Assembly (NCBI GenBank): GCA_964016885.1
Contig: OZ024741.1
Coordinates: 195,238,001 to 195,302,000, forward strand
Direction: 5' to 3'
Length of the DNA: 64,000 bases
Source: Eledone cirrhosa
Taxonomy: Eukaryota
Every line of letters starts with the position of its first letter. Positions within the stretch are counted from its first letter, which is position 1. Under the pieces are notes generated by a model. The model did no database searches and was not told the DNA's origin. It saw only the letters and a list, made by a program, of their open reading frames with translations. Below, in pieces: positions 63,201 through 64,000 of the stretch. Position numbers and translations under genes: made by a program.

Positions 63201-64000
63201 AGTTTAGGATATCTACCAAATCTTGTCCTAGCCCGTCAGCATTCATCTCCTCAGTGGCCGTATCTCTGTTCTAGGTATTATTTATCTCAGCATTCAGATC
63301 ATTGTCTGTTTCGGGTGGTTCCTCCGTTCTCTCGACCTCTTCACCTTCATTTCCCACTGGCTCGTTTGCCTGGCATACTCCACCCTCTATCTCCAAGCTA
63401 ATCTCTCTGCCCAGTTCCTCCAGTTCCAGCTCGCTTATCCATCCATTAGTTCTTATTACTCGAGCCTGCCCGGCCAGTTTTTGTTCATCTAATTTAAATG
63501 GACCAATCTCGTTCCAGATGTTATGCATCCGTTTCCTATAGCCTTTCTCCTTGGGGTTACTCTTCAGGTAACATTGCATAACAGTTCTATTCAATTCTTT
63601 CGTCCAGTTGGTTCTGGTCCCTTTCCTTCTTCTTCTTCCTCCGACACCAGCAGTATTTGGTTGACAGCCAGGTCCCTGCTGCTGAGCCAGGGAGCACCTG
63701 TTGGGTGAGAGTCTGTCACATGACATTCTAGTCTCCATTTCACCGTTATTCGAACTGTTTAGGTTCAACATTTAAACACTCTTATCGAGGATTGGCGAAT
63801 GTATGGTTACATAACCACCGGTGAATTACTTGTCTCCGGTGGTTTCGTCACTCCACGTGACTTTTGTGTGGCATTATCACGCTGTAGACGAACCCAAACA
63901 AAGAAACAAACAAACAGGCAGAAAACCCCCCAAAAATGAATAAGCATAAGTTTCATTGTAATGTAGCGTTTGAATGTCTGACTTAGTTTTCCCCTTCCCT
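60276..64000 (-). mobile_element. Near-full-length R4/Dong-like RLE non-LTR retrotransposon (5' boundary not seen; may run past the window)
   Basis: Single-ORF architecture: N-terminal RTNWTKELN..VMQCYLKS.P..GYRKRM..IW, RT, CCHC and PD-(D/E)xK restriction-like endonuclease. 3' end lies in (TAA)n, the known target of Dong-type R4 elements. Confidence 0.9.
60353..63771 (-). pseudogene. RT-CCHC-RLE polyprotein, interrupted by one in-frame TAG (63271-63273) and a few frameshifts near 60900-60970 and at the C-terminus
   Basis: ORFs 63271-63771 and 60955-63246 are in the same frame (offset 525). Motifs: KSPGPDG, NYRPITCL, WIDYKKAFDMV, GIFQGDSLSPLLF, LFMDDLK, then HIVSEC...RHD, RPDLVVLD...VVDVACP...EKINRY. 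Confidence 0.92.

Noticed and set aside
61406-63708. Several + strand ORFs of 60-150 aa
   Set aside because: Antisense to the Dong-like RT ORF, with no independent motifs.
63785-63862. HDV-like ribozyme (GGCGAATG and CTCCACGTG words)
   Set aside because: These words are on the strand opposite to the element, and I could not build P1-P3 pairings.

Overview
AT-rich, microsatellite-rich animal (metazoan) genomic DNA with no recognisable host gene. The SINE family resembles ones I recall from Octopus, so a cephalopod origin is plausible but is an inference. Positions 1-~38.8 kb are a single 41-bp TG-rich satellite array with kb-scale higher-order duplications and one SINE inserted into it; all the Leu/Val/Cys-rich ORFs there are artefacts. 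From 38.8 to 40.1 kb the array decays into simple repeats. 41.1-50.7 kb is a nested pile-up of three retroelement families inside (AAT)n tracts: R4/Dong-like RLE LINEs on +, and Tx1/L1-like APE LINEs plus a tRNA-derived SINE on -. The SINE shares its 3' end with the Tx1-like LINE. 51-59 kb holds Penelope-like remnants, fold-back palindromes, two decayed Helitron PIF1 helicase genes and several type I hammerhead ribozyme motifs, two of them with unusually long stem-II inserts. 60.3-64 kb is a near-full-length R4/Dong-like element on the - strand. All calls and alignments were made by eye; nothing was computed or searched.
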